Below are positions 9,601 to 19,254 of a stretch of DNA of 33,841 bases, piece by piece. The DNA is from Sphacelaria rigidula. Its lineage: Eukaryota. The notes beneath the pieces were generated by a model. It saw only the letters and a program-made list of their open reading frames with translations, ran no database searches and had not been told where the DNA came from. A program made the position numbers and the translations under genes. Location: positions 1-33,841 of the forward strand of contig CAXNAA020000029.1 in the NCBI GenBank assembly GCA_964200075.2. The letters are read 5' to 3'. Within the stretch, counting starts at the first letter, position 1, and the number at the start of each line of letters is the position of its first letter.

Positions 9601-12600
9601 AACAATTGCCCTCGACCTTGCTGCGACAGCGATGGAAGACTGCAACCACGAGCATCAGAGAAGGACTCTCGAGGACAATCATTGTTCCTAAATAAGACCT
9701 CTAGATTTTATTATTGACTCTTCGAAGAAGTAGAGTTCGCGATCGTTACTGTAGGATCAAAAGTATACCAGCAGCGATACCCAAAACTGGTGCATTCGCA
9801 GTATGTGCAGGAAACTTCAGTGGATTGCTCAAGTGATGAAACGTTCAACTATTTCAACATTACGCTAGATGAGATTTCGCTGCTACTGTAGTACTGAAAT
9901 GTGTAACGTTGGCGGACTTGCCTGCAAAATGCGAGAAAAACGCCTGAGCCCCGGAAGAAGGATCTTGCTTTTGGGCAGGAATGTCCAAGGAGGCTGCTTG
10001 TACAGAATCGAAATGCCGTTGCACTATGCATATACGCGCAAGTGAGACTGATGTGCGACTTCGAAGCATTTGAGGATCTTCGCTGTCTACGTATTCGTGC
10101 TCGCATGGAAATCCAGCTGCAACAGCTTCCCCGGAATGGGTTGTGCTGTTGGGCCGAAAAAGAAAAACTCAAGCTCACCCAGAAGCAGTGATGTACATTT
10201 GTGAGTGTACAATGAACAGCGCCTGATTGATGATTGATCGGATGTCGTACTCTCTTGCGCGCCTTTTCATTCGTTATCCCTTCATTTTGTTTTTGCGGTT
10301 CTTGTGGACAGGTGTTGCTGGAGCAGGGCGACCCGACTTCTCGCGTGTTTCTGATCGCCCAGGGGTCGGTGCAGCGTCTCCGGTACCTTAACGAGAAGCT
10401 TCATCAAGTTGAAACCATTGGCAGCGAGCACAGCCACAGGTATGGGCGCGACCTCGAGGCTGCTACTACTCCACGAGCGCTATTAACATGTTTTTTTCAT
10501 CATTTTTCTATCGTGTTTCATGGACGAGTTCGTGCGTGTTCGAGAGGAACTTCTCGTGTAGCCCTTGACAACATGAAGCAGCAATGGCATTGTTTTTTTA
10601 ACAAGCGAAATTTTGGATGAAATGTAGCCAGCCACCGGTTTGACCCATTTTTTCGTCGTGCTCTTTTCCTCATACTCACACAGAGTTGAAGCCGAAAAAG
10701 CACACCGTGCTGACTCTAGGCCTCTTCTTACATTTATGTATAATATGCGCCCGGTCTTGATTGAGGTTTAGTATTGGACATATATTTCGGAGCACTTTCG
10801 TTCAGGCGCATGAAGTGTGGAGGCCTTGCTGGCCCACGCGTGTTGTTTTTGTTTTGTGTGATGGCAGCTGTTGTGTCTTTCGGATGATGTCATGTCGCGG
10901 AAGCGCTTCTTTGTCCCATCGACGCTGTCGGTGCTGATGTGCGGATGTGTTTTTCTATCGTGTCGCTCATAGTTCGTGACTGGGGACGCGAGTAACGTGA
11001 AAGAGGGTCGAAGCGCCTGTCTCGCAGTGGAGCAGAGGTTGAAGAAGTCATACTACAGCTCGTGCGAGAAGCCTATCTAATGACTCGTTTTTTACGCGTG
11101 ATTGCTGTATTTTGTATCGTTTTGCTTTTTATTTTTTATTTCATGGAAGCACAGGGGAATGTTCGGCGCGCTGCACGTCCTGAAAGAGGAGCCCACCTAC
11201 GCGACAGCCCTTACCGAGACGGATGGAGTCGCTTACACCCTGGAGAGTGGAAAACTCAACTCGCTGCTGGAGCGGGACCCCGTACTGGCCAAGGAGATCA
11301 TTTACTCACTCTCCAAAGAGATATTCCGGATGAGCAAGCTTCGAACTCCGCTCTTCGAGCAGGCAAGCCCACAACCACAACGATAGCCCCCACGCAATGC
11401 TGCCACCGTAGTGTTGCCCACGCTGATGAGTAAGTGGGTTGCGGTCAACGCGTTTTCATGCCCAGTGAAAGTCTGTTGCAGTGAGCTAGCTCGCGTCTGG
11501 TACGCGACGTGCGTAACAACGGTTGTTCCGTTTGCAGTACATGCAGTCAGTTACTGTGTGCTTCGCTGTGCTGTGCGATGCTTCGCTGTGCTGTGCGATT
11601 CTTCGCTGTGCTGTGCTGTCCTGTGCTGTGCTGTGCTGTCCTGTGCTACGCCGTGCTGTTTCATGCTGTTTGTGTGCCGTGCTGTGCGCCCCCCCCTCCG
11701 CTCCCACCCCCGTGCTGTTCCGTGTCAGTGCCATTTCCCACTTTTTACGCAACTCCGAGATGTCTTGTCCCATGACGGAGTACAACCACTACTACAAAAC
11801 AAGCGGTTTCTTTGGTGTGTGCCGGGGAATCTGCCCTTCTTCACGTGATGCGGCAGCGGGCGGGGCCTGTTGACTTGTATCCCGGACGCCTTTTTGCTGT
11901 CAAGCCGGATATCGACAACACTTCGTGTGGGTTTCATGTCTCTTGCCAATGTTCTTGATTCACGAGCGTAAAAAATCAGTTCATGAGACGGTTGACTAAA
12001 TGTTGTTCACAAAACTAGTCATAAATCCCGAGGACCGTTCGTCCTTCTCGAGTCCTGCAAAACAGCACATTCAGTCATACCGTGCTTGATCGTTGCCTCC
12101 CGCGTTACTTCACGACAAGAAAAACTCACGGAACTTCCCGGAACAAAATCTCGGAACAATTTCTCATCTGCAGGATCCCAAGCCCAACTCGTTCTTCGGA
12201 TCCACTCTGGGCGCGGTGATCGAGAGCTACTACCGGTCCGGCCTCAACTCGTGGCTCAACGCCAAGCTCACGGGAAAGCCGCCGGCGGACATGTTCCCGA
12301 TGTTCCACGTGCAGATCCCGACTAGGGTGCTCTACATCAACGGCTTTAAGGTGGGGGCATTTTCATCGGATGTAAAGATGCTGGTGGATACGAGATTCAA
12401 CGCGTAAGGCCCTATTTTGGAGGTGGACTTTTCAAATACATTGAACTTCTGTGACTGGGAATTCTTACAAAGAGAGGAACTATCTTCGAGATCATCGACT
12501 TTTGACTTTGTTTTTTTATGTGACCGGAGAGGACTCGGTGTCGAAGGTCCCAGTTCATGGGCACCCCTATTAGATTGTTGGCTAGTGTGCGTTCTTTTGC

Positions 12601-15600
12601 GGAGGGGATGGTATGAGAGAGGAGGAAAAGCGTATAATGGTCAAAGGCGAACGCGTGAGGTTGAGCATGTTGTATTGTTCGAGGGCATGTGTATCTATCA
12701 AATAGTGTAGACAGTCGTGCATCGTGGGCGAAACATTATTACCTGAACATAATAGCTCATGTCGGTGACTTTCAAAAATGAGTACGGGATTGTCGACATC
12801 GTCATCAACTTTCACCGAAGACGGGGACCGTGTGAGAAAAGGGGGGGTCACGTGTCATTTCTCATGCAAACTATACTGGAAAATGACTTGATCAACCACA
12901 TTTCCCTCCCTCACGAGACTGTGATTTGGATGATGAACCTGCTTCGTTTCCCTACTCTCGTACTTACCCCTTATCCTGAAGGAGGGGAAGGGGCGGGGTT
13001 CCTCCTCATGGATGCCTTGCAATAATCCATTGCCAATGATTTACAGTATCTGGATTTTGAGGTGGTGCTGTGCAGTACGGTATTTTGACAGTGAGTCCAG
13101 GTACTCGTGACGCAACATATCTCGACACTATCTTTGTTGTGAAACCCGACACAAATGATTCCGGACGAGGGGAAGGGTTACAGTAACGGAATCCTGTGTT
13201 ATGTGTGCTGACCAGGGAGAGTTAATCGCATGTATGAGTATCATTCGCGACGAAACTGTTCGGAGGGCATGCACCTGATCGTTTTTCTAAAATGCCATAT
13301 ACCAGAGAACCATGACTGATTGCATACATACATGAAATGGTATACATCAGACAGACGCTAGGATGAACGGGACCTTAGGGTATGCACCTGATACTTTCTG
13401 GACACAATGAAACAGATCTGAGCTACTCGCTGACTCTTCAAAGCCAAGATTTTGGATTTTAACTGCGGGAGGATCCGCGCTTTTCACCAAGTCACAAAAG
13501 CGCGCGTTAGTACAGAGGGACTGACTCATGGAAAACGACACACCTCACCGCTTTAATGCTTCCTATCGTGCCCCACCGCTCTTTTTTTCTTGTCCTGATT
13601 CATATTTTGTGAACGGCGTGTTTTAACGATCAATTCTCCCGCCATCATCAGACAATCCGATCAACACTGAACGACTATGTCAACCCAGTGGACTATGCCT
13701 ACCCGGATGCCGTTCGATTAGCCTCGGCGCTCACACCCGGCATCATGATGACCCCGGTTAGCAGCATCTTAGGTGAGGAGACTCGTCTGTGCACGCACGC
13801 CTACCCCGGTGTTGCTGTGGGGGCCCAAGATGTCGCGTGAGCTGCGCGTGTCGAGCCCCGTGTGTCTGTGAGCCAGATATCGCGTATGAGAAATGTTGTT
13901 GTTGACAGCCGAGTACCCTCCTTGAAAAGTTGTCACAGCTGCTACCCTACTAAATACAGGCTTGTCAATCACACACTTCGCCGTTTAGCACTCGCAACCC
14001 TACTGCGGGTCTTGACAGTCCCTTGGAGGGTAGCGATATTGTTCTCGAGGAAGACACTAGCTTGGCGCTCGGTGTCAAGGTTTTTCCGCGTCTTCTCTCG
14101 TTGGCCAAAAGGATAGGAGCAAGCTTCATACCTGTACGCTGTTGACATCCTCCAAGACAGAGGCAAGACGCAAAATCGCAGTAGGCCGGGGGGCGCTATA
14201 AGGGTTCACCCTGCGGTTGGTTGTACAGCACTGATGTGACTTTCCGTTGCTGCATGCGTTCATATATTGTGGAATAAGCCAAGGCCTTCGTGATTGTTCA
14301 GTACGCCTGCCGTACGCACCGTACTACCATTTCTCGAGTACGGATGACTGTCCGCTCTATCTCGCCTATCGTTTGTTACCCTTATCATGTTTCCCAGTAT
14401 TTTGTTGTGCTTGGTTCCGCTATTAATATTGTCAATCTATTGTTGTGAGTGTGGTTGGGTGCATGCATGTATTTGTGTCACCTTGCGCCAGTCAGATTCA
14501 AGCAATCTAATAAGCGGATAATAACAATGAACATTCGAAAACAATCGCCGGGAAATTCTTTTTGGACGATAGGGCGGTGCTGCGCCACTTGACGGATCAA
14601 GCCGAGCGGTGTCCTCCACGCATCCAGCATTCAGCGTTGCGCGCGTAACACGGGGCGTAATGCGTACACCGAGCAACACTAGAGCAGTATCAGTAGCAGT
14701 GAAATTGGTCTGTGCTCGGTCTTTTGCTACCCTCATGTATCCAGGAATATTTGTGGGAGAAAGAGGTTATTCTGTACTGTACTGGCTGTACGCGACTACA
14801 TTGGCCTGATTGTCTTACACGGTACTGTACTACACAGTCGTGCAGTGTACTAGAGCACGGAGCAGGTTGTCGTTCATGACTCAAGACACGAATAATGGCG
14901 TTCAAACATGCAGACAAAGTACTGTACAGGGCTACCGTCTGCACTCCACGGTACTCGCTGTCGTATCGTGTCCTGTACTTAGATGATGGCTTTCAAATAT
15001 TCACGCACAGCACAGTACATCCCTGCTGTCCACACGGCGCCGCAATCACTGTTGCATAATGTCCTCCTGATTCCTGTCCTCCTGTACTGTCGTAGTTGAC
15101 GAAGCCACTTGAACGAAACATTCATCCCTTGGTCTACAGAACATGTGCACCTATTTAGCGCGAAACGACATGGATTGTACCGCGCAACGTAAATGTACTG
15201 TATTGTACTCTACAACAGTCGGCACCGACATGATTGTACCGCGCCACACAGAAGCAGCTCCGAGGGTCGCATGCGACAGGCGCAGCAACAAGTAGCAGCG
15301 CAAGCGGCGGCAATAGGCTGGCGGCGGGTGAAGCTTCACACCTAGAGTGTCTGGCGATTGATTGGCTTCTTCGATGAACGGTGTGCTTCTTCGCGTTATC
15401 TGGGGGCGTGTCGACGCTGACCATGATCATGATGTGGTTAGGGCGTTGCAGCAACTGTACTACTGGCGTTGCGCTGCGACACGGCTCGTCGACGCCGATA
15501 AATGTATGCGTTGTGTGCGTGGGTGTTCATATATATATATCTAAATTAATATATACATGTATTTACTTTTGGGTCGTTCAGACCCGTTGGTCTCTAGTGG

Positions 15601-18600
15601 TAAATGGGCAAAATCGGTGCTGGATTCAGCAGTAGCCTAGGGTAGTTCGTCAAATCACGGCTTTTGAAAATTACTTGATTTTAGTGGCAGGACCAATATG
15701 CTAGGAGTTCTCCAATGGTTGACAGGCCCGAATGCTCCCATCGTAGGCAGCAAGCGTCTTCACTCAAATCAGCGCCGATTTTAACTGCCGATTTAAGCTC
15801 GCTCAACGCACGCTTTGCCCAGGACACCATGTGCATATGCATTTGCTGAGAATTATCGGTATGCCTTGGGTTGGGGTCAGGGTCAGGGATAGAGGGATAC
15901 ACTACGGAGAGCTTTCTGTACCCCTCCAGCTCGATGCAGCTGGATTTTCCACCGACCTTCTCAACTGTAACCGTCTGCTGTGAAAGCTTGTGCAAGCTCC
16001 TCAGATACAAACGTACTGACCATGATGCGTCGAAATCCTTTTGGCAGAGGCGTGCAACGCTACGTCCAACCCGGAGCCGTTGCGTCGACGCTGGATGCGA
16101 GGCTTGGTGCCGCGAGGAGCGCGTGAGATGATATTCGGCATCGGCATCAACCAGCTTTCGGACGCCTGCGAAGAAAGGGTAAGCGCGACAAGCACCCACC
16201 CAGCGTTGTTTTTTCCTTATGCGTAGTGTACCTTCAATCCCTCCCTTTTCTTGGAATTCTTCTCGTGGTCTCAGGGGATCATCACCCCGTGTTTTCATGA
16301 TCACCGCCTGGCATGTTGGTTGTCGAGGATTGGATGAGCACTCCTGCACCCCGTTGGCTCTGCTCTCGTCGAATCTTGGTTGCCACTCGCGTACTTACCC
16401 GGTTAGCGACGAAAAACCAGATTATTCTCGAGGACCGCTTCTATCGGAAGTCGAACCGCAACCGTCCCTCCTAACCTACTACTGCTGCGCCATTTTGATA
16501 CAGACCACCAGGGCGAGCTGCTGTGCCCCAGTATACGAGCCACAGTTGTCAGATTTTGGTACCCGGCAACTAATCACTCGGAGGGGGGGTTGTCTCAGGG
16601 GTAGTGTACAAGGTACCCCGGGAACAGCATCCGAGGTACCGGTATGGTGCCAAAATCGCCGAAAACAAATGAGCCGATAGTGGGTGTTCACAGGGGTTGT
16701 ATCTGACGTATACATGTTGTACTGTGTCTCTTACAGCACAGTACTGTGAATTGGACCATGACACGCCTTGAGCTCTTGTATGCTTGGCGATTTGGCTTGC
16801 GAAAAGAGCTTATGCTCGAAGAATATTATGTGCAGCTGGACCGCAAATAGGCTCGAAGCAGTCTTGTTACATTCGTCCGCGTTTTTTAACGGTCTTCCGT
16901 GACGCGTTCTTCAGTAGCCTTGAGGCGCTTTGTTGATGGACCCACGGCATATATTCTGACTGTACAGTTATGTCTCACCACTTCACGGTGGCTCAAGTAT
17001 GCTTACACCGCTGTTTCCCTGTTACGTGAGCCCGAATCCACTCCGAGACGGGCCAATTTTTGCCCATACCGCCGTTGATCGAGGCCCCCATTGTTGTGCG
17101 AATTTGCTCTTTCACACAAGGATTCCCTGGTAGGTGCTTTACGCTCAGGTATCGAGATGTTGGCAGAACAAGGACAGTGCGGCGTGCGTCATGTATTTCG
17201 AAATCAGCACACATCTGTGCGTACGCCCCGGTGAAGACAATTCACACGTGTTTTGTGTACATTGTTTTCCCGTTGTTTGGATGCTGTGCAGGTGACGATC
17301 CAGAACGCTTTCGCGCGCACAGCCGTAGGGTCAATGGTGGCGGGTGTGGTATCCGGATACTTGTCGCACATCCCGCACAACGTTTCGACGCTCAAGCTCC
17401 TCCAGGTACGTGCAGCACGGGCTCTCTTAACGGCGCGTCGTTGACCACGAGGGAAGATGCTTTGAAGATAGATGCGTTGGGGTACGCCTGGCACCGTGAC
17501 CTCATGTGTACTACAATTGCTGTCTTCCATCTCTCATTATGAATGCGCATGAGGCTACGGGGTGTGGCATATTGTTGTGTATGAGAGCAAATATCACCGA
17601 TATATCATGTACCGGTGATCGATGCCGATATCGTCAGTTTGCCAGTACCGGCTATGAAGTACGATATATAGGTAAATGCGGTCTGTTGAAAGTACGATGT
17701 TGGTTGTACGATCGGACCTGCACCCTCGCCTGATGCCGAAAGGTGCAACCGACGCCCGTGCCCATACTGCGATAATATCGTCATACCCTAACGATACCTA
17801 ACGGTCCACGATCTTACTTGAGAGGGAGCAACCGTAGTGCTTGCGCCTTCGGCGAAGATGTGTTTTATATGTTTGCCCTTCCAGACTTGAACGTGAGCAG
17901 GCATGCAGTGTGTTTTGTATGTTGGCCACATCTCTACCTCCCCCTAAGTGCTCTCCCGTTTTGCCCCAGTGCCGTGCGCACACCGAGTTGTAGCGAATAA
18001 AAATAACATTGAAAAGAACAAAGAACACTGAGAAACGAACAGAAAAATAACACTTGTAAATCAAGTGACAATGAAAGCTCAACGACCGGCGTGGTGCAGG
18101 AAGAAGCATCCGGTAGACACCTTACTGAGACGCCATTCGCGTTACGGCTCTACCCCGCCCGTGCTCTCTTCCAGCCTGAGCTGAGCTACCGCGAGATTTT
18201 CACAGCGATGGTGGACGCGAATGTTTCGCGCACCCCGCGGGAGTGGCTGCCAGGCGCGAGACGAGCTGTTGCGACGGTGCTCACGGTCGTCCTCCCCAAG
18301 GGCTGTCTCATTCGCACCGCTCAGGTGCGCATATGTTGTTCTCCAGTGTATGTTTCGCGTTGGTTCGTAGGGCGATCTAGTATGGTGTGAAGTTGTACTT
18401 GTAGTATAGTCACCGGATACGTCTCGCTTTGAAGTATGAAAACTCACGTTTGTCTCCTTTGGTGTCACCCCCCCTCCCCCCTGTTTATACAAGGAGAAAA
18501 AATGCAAAAAGGAGCGGGACGAGGGGGAAATGTGGGAAGTAAACGAAGGTGGCATGGTATCATTCGATACATTGGACAGTAGCGAGAAAACGATTGCTAT

Positions 18601-19254
18601 ACCAGGAGAGAAGTTGTGGCCACAGACGGAGTAGCAGGAAGGGGATAAGATATGTATGAGGTTTTTGTGTAGTGTATGGAAGAAACGTCGTGAGCGCCCA
18701 AATATGAGAGTGTTGGAGGTGTCTCTGGTGGGAATAGGAACAGTGCTCCGTCTCAAGAAGGATGCGTGATCAATGGTCGAAACCGGCTGAGGGAAGCAAC
18801 AAATGAGTTCCCCCCGTCTGTGCAAAGTACTCAAGGATGAAAAGAATCACGAGTGATGGGCAGAAGTACGGCGAAATACGTTACCTCACAAGAAGGCGAA
18901 AAAATAAATGGAGTAAAATTTCGTCCGTGTAGTGGTTGTACCAGCCTAACACCGTCAACCATTTGCCTGCATGGCACTCATTTACCGGTGAGTCAGGTTG
19001 TGGAAATGCGATGTTTGTGACCGGCTTCCTCGGGTATGAATGCTACAGCAGTGAAGGTCTCAAAAGCTCCATCGTCTGCGAACTGACATTATCTCCTCCT
19101 TTTCATCCCTCCGTCGTCCGGTGACTCTCTAATCGGCTAGATCTGTGGATCTTTCATGATCATCAACGGTACCATCAACATGTGCGCCTCCACCGTTACC
19201 CCCGTGCCTCTGCAAGCCGACCTGCCTCCCAGACCGCTCGGTTCTCGCCAATAG
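3324..19254 (+). CDS. 9-exon gene: cNMP-binding-domain / mitochondrial-carrier-like fusion protein, 473 aa. join(3324..3602,10312..10439,11155..11362,12174..12350,13652..13772,16048..16178,17292..17405,18175..18324,19141..19254)
   Basis: Phases at all eight junctions are compatible (0,2,0,0,1,0,0,0) and give 1422 nt of open frame from aaacATG to TAG. N-half has CNB hallmarks (LF..C, F.EGQVLLEQGD..SRVFLIAQGSV, GMFGAL, YATA). C-half has carrier-like segments (WMRGLVPRGAREMIFG, GSMVAGVVSGYLSHIP, LPKGCLIRTAQ). Confidence 0.85.
5676..7122. mobile_element. Foldback / long-TIR non-autonomous DNA element in intron 1
   Basis: ~5676-6314 is a diverged reverse complement of ~6449-7122, with a ~135-bp spacer. 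Ends are AATATACAAAAAAGGGTACACCCTGGTACT / AGTACCAGGGTGTACCCTTTTTTGTATATT. The ORF track shows mirror-image peptides on opposite strands. Confidence 0.85.
7316..7764. mobile_element. Tc1/mariner-type (Stowaway-like) MITE, 449 bp, TA target-site duplication
   Basis: TA|CTCCCATCTGTTCCATAATATAAGCTGGATAAGG ... CCTTATCCAGCTAAAAATACGGAACGGGGGGAG|TA. Confidence 0.85.
8060..8422 (-). mobile_element. Degenerate tRNA-derived SINE-like element
   Basis: Minus strand has an A-box-like GGTGATATTATGGTA (8407-8393) and a B-box GTTCGATTCC (8360-8351) at tRNA-like spacing, no cloverleaf, then an unrelated body; the 3' boundary is approximate. Confidence 0.55.
8437..9341. mobile_element. Possible short-TIR non-autonomous DNA element
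   Basis: GTCATGGTC (8437-8445) / GACCATGAC (9333-9341), plus a subterminal inverted pair AGCACGACC (~8474) / GGTCGTGCT (~9274); no TSD recognised. Confidence 0.4.
10312..10439 (+). CDS. Gene 1 exon 2 (CNB beta-strands)
   Basis: Pyrimidine tract plus CAG acceptor; VLLEQGDPTSRVFLIAQGSVQRLRYLNEKLHQVETIGSEHSH; donor AG|GTATGG. Confidence 0.9.
11155..11362 (+). CDS. Gene 1 exon 3 (CNB phosphate-binding-cassette region, hinge/C-helix)
   Basis: T-rich tract plus CAG acceptor; GMFGALHVLKEEPTYATALTETDGVAYTLESGKLNSLLERDPVLAKEIIYSLSKEIFRMSKLRTPLFEQ; probable GC donor CAG|GCAAGC. Confidence 0.85.
11554..11687 (+). repeat. Degenerate (CTGTG)n pentanucleotide repeat in intron 3
   Basis: Direct reading; it explains the Cys/Ala/Val-rich spurious ORFs. 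Confidence 0.9.
12174..12350 (+). CDS. Gene 1 exon 4 (carrier-like repeat 1)
   Basis: CTGCAG acceptor; DPKPNSFFGSTLGAVIESYYRSGLNSWLNAKLTGKPPADMFPMFHVQIPTRVLYINGFK; donor AAG|GTGGGG; strong GC3 codon bias. Confidence 0.9.
13652..13772 (+). CDS. Gene 1 exon 5 (absent from the ORF track)
   Basis: CAG acceptor at 13649-13651; TIRSTLNDYVNPVDYAYPDAVRLASALTPGIMMTPVSSIL; donor G|GTGAGG (phase 1) is required to join exon 6. Confidence 0.85.
16048..16178 (+). CDS. Gene 1 exon 6 (carrier-like helix H4)
   Basis: Branch-like TACTGAC at 16014-16020; TTTTGGCAG acceptor; EACNATSNPEPLRRRWMRGLVPRGAREMIFGIGINQLSDACEER; donor AGG|GTAAGC. Confidence 0.9.
17292..17405 (+). CDS. Gene 1 exon 7 (carrier-like helix H5)
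   Basis: TGCAG acceptor; VTIQNAFARTAVGSMVAGVVSGYLSHIPHNVSTLKLLQ; donor CAG|GTACGT. Confidence 0.9.
18175..18324 (+). CDS. Gene 1 exon 8
   Basis: CTCTCTTCCAG acceptor; PELSYREIFTAMVDANVSRTPREWLPGARRAVATVLTVVLPKGCLIRTAQ; donor CAG|GTGCGC. Confidence 0.88.
18500..18808 (+). mobile_element. 3'-terminal fragment of a non-LTR retrotransposon (LINE-like) ORF, decayed, in intron 8
   Basis: Translates KKERDEGEMWEVNEGGMVSFDTLDSSEKTIAIPGEKLWPQTE*QEGDKICMRFLCSVWKKRRERPN, with a stop and a later frameshift; a second copy lies at 1-190. The LINE assignment is from recalled brown-algal repeat proteins and is unverified. Confidence 0.6.
19141..19254 (+). CDS. Gene 1 exon 9 (terminal coding exon; this frame is absent from the ORF track)
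   Basis: CTGAC branch-like site at 19083, pyrimidine tract, TAG acceptor; ICGSFMIINGTINMCASTVTPVPLQADLPPRPLGSRQ*. Confidence 0.82.
   Translation: MCGSFMIINGTINMCASTVTPVPLQADLPPRPLGSRQ

Noticed and set aside
11411-11873. Cys-rich ORFs resembling metallothionein
   Set aside because: Translations of the (CTGTG)n repeat in several frames.
15866-15895. Telomere-like G-rich hexamers (GGGTTGGGGTCAGGGTCAGGG)
   Set aside because: Too short and degenerate, and intronic.
15681-16349. 222-aa minus-strand ORF
   Set aside because: Antisense shadow of exon 6 plus intronic sequence; no recognisable motifs.
18142-18834. 230-aa minus-strand ORF
   Set aside because: Antisense to exon 8 and to the LINE-like fragment.
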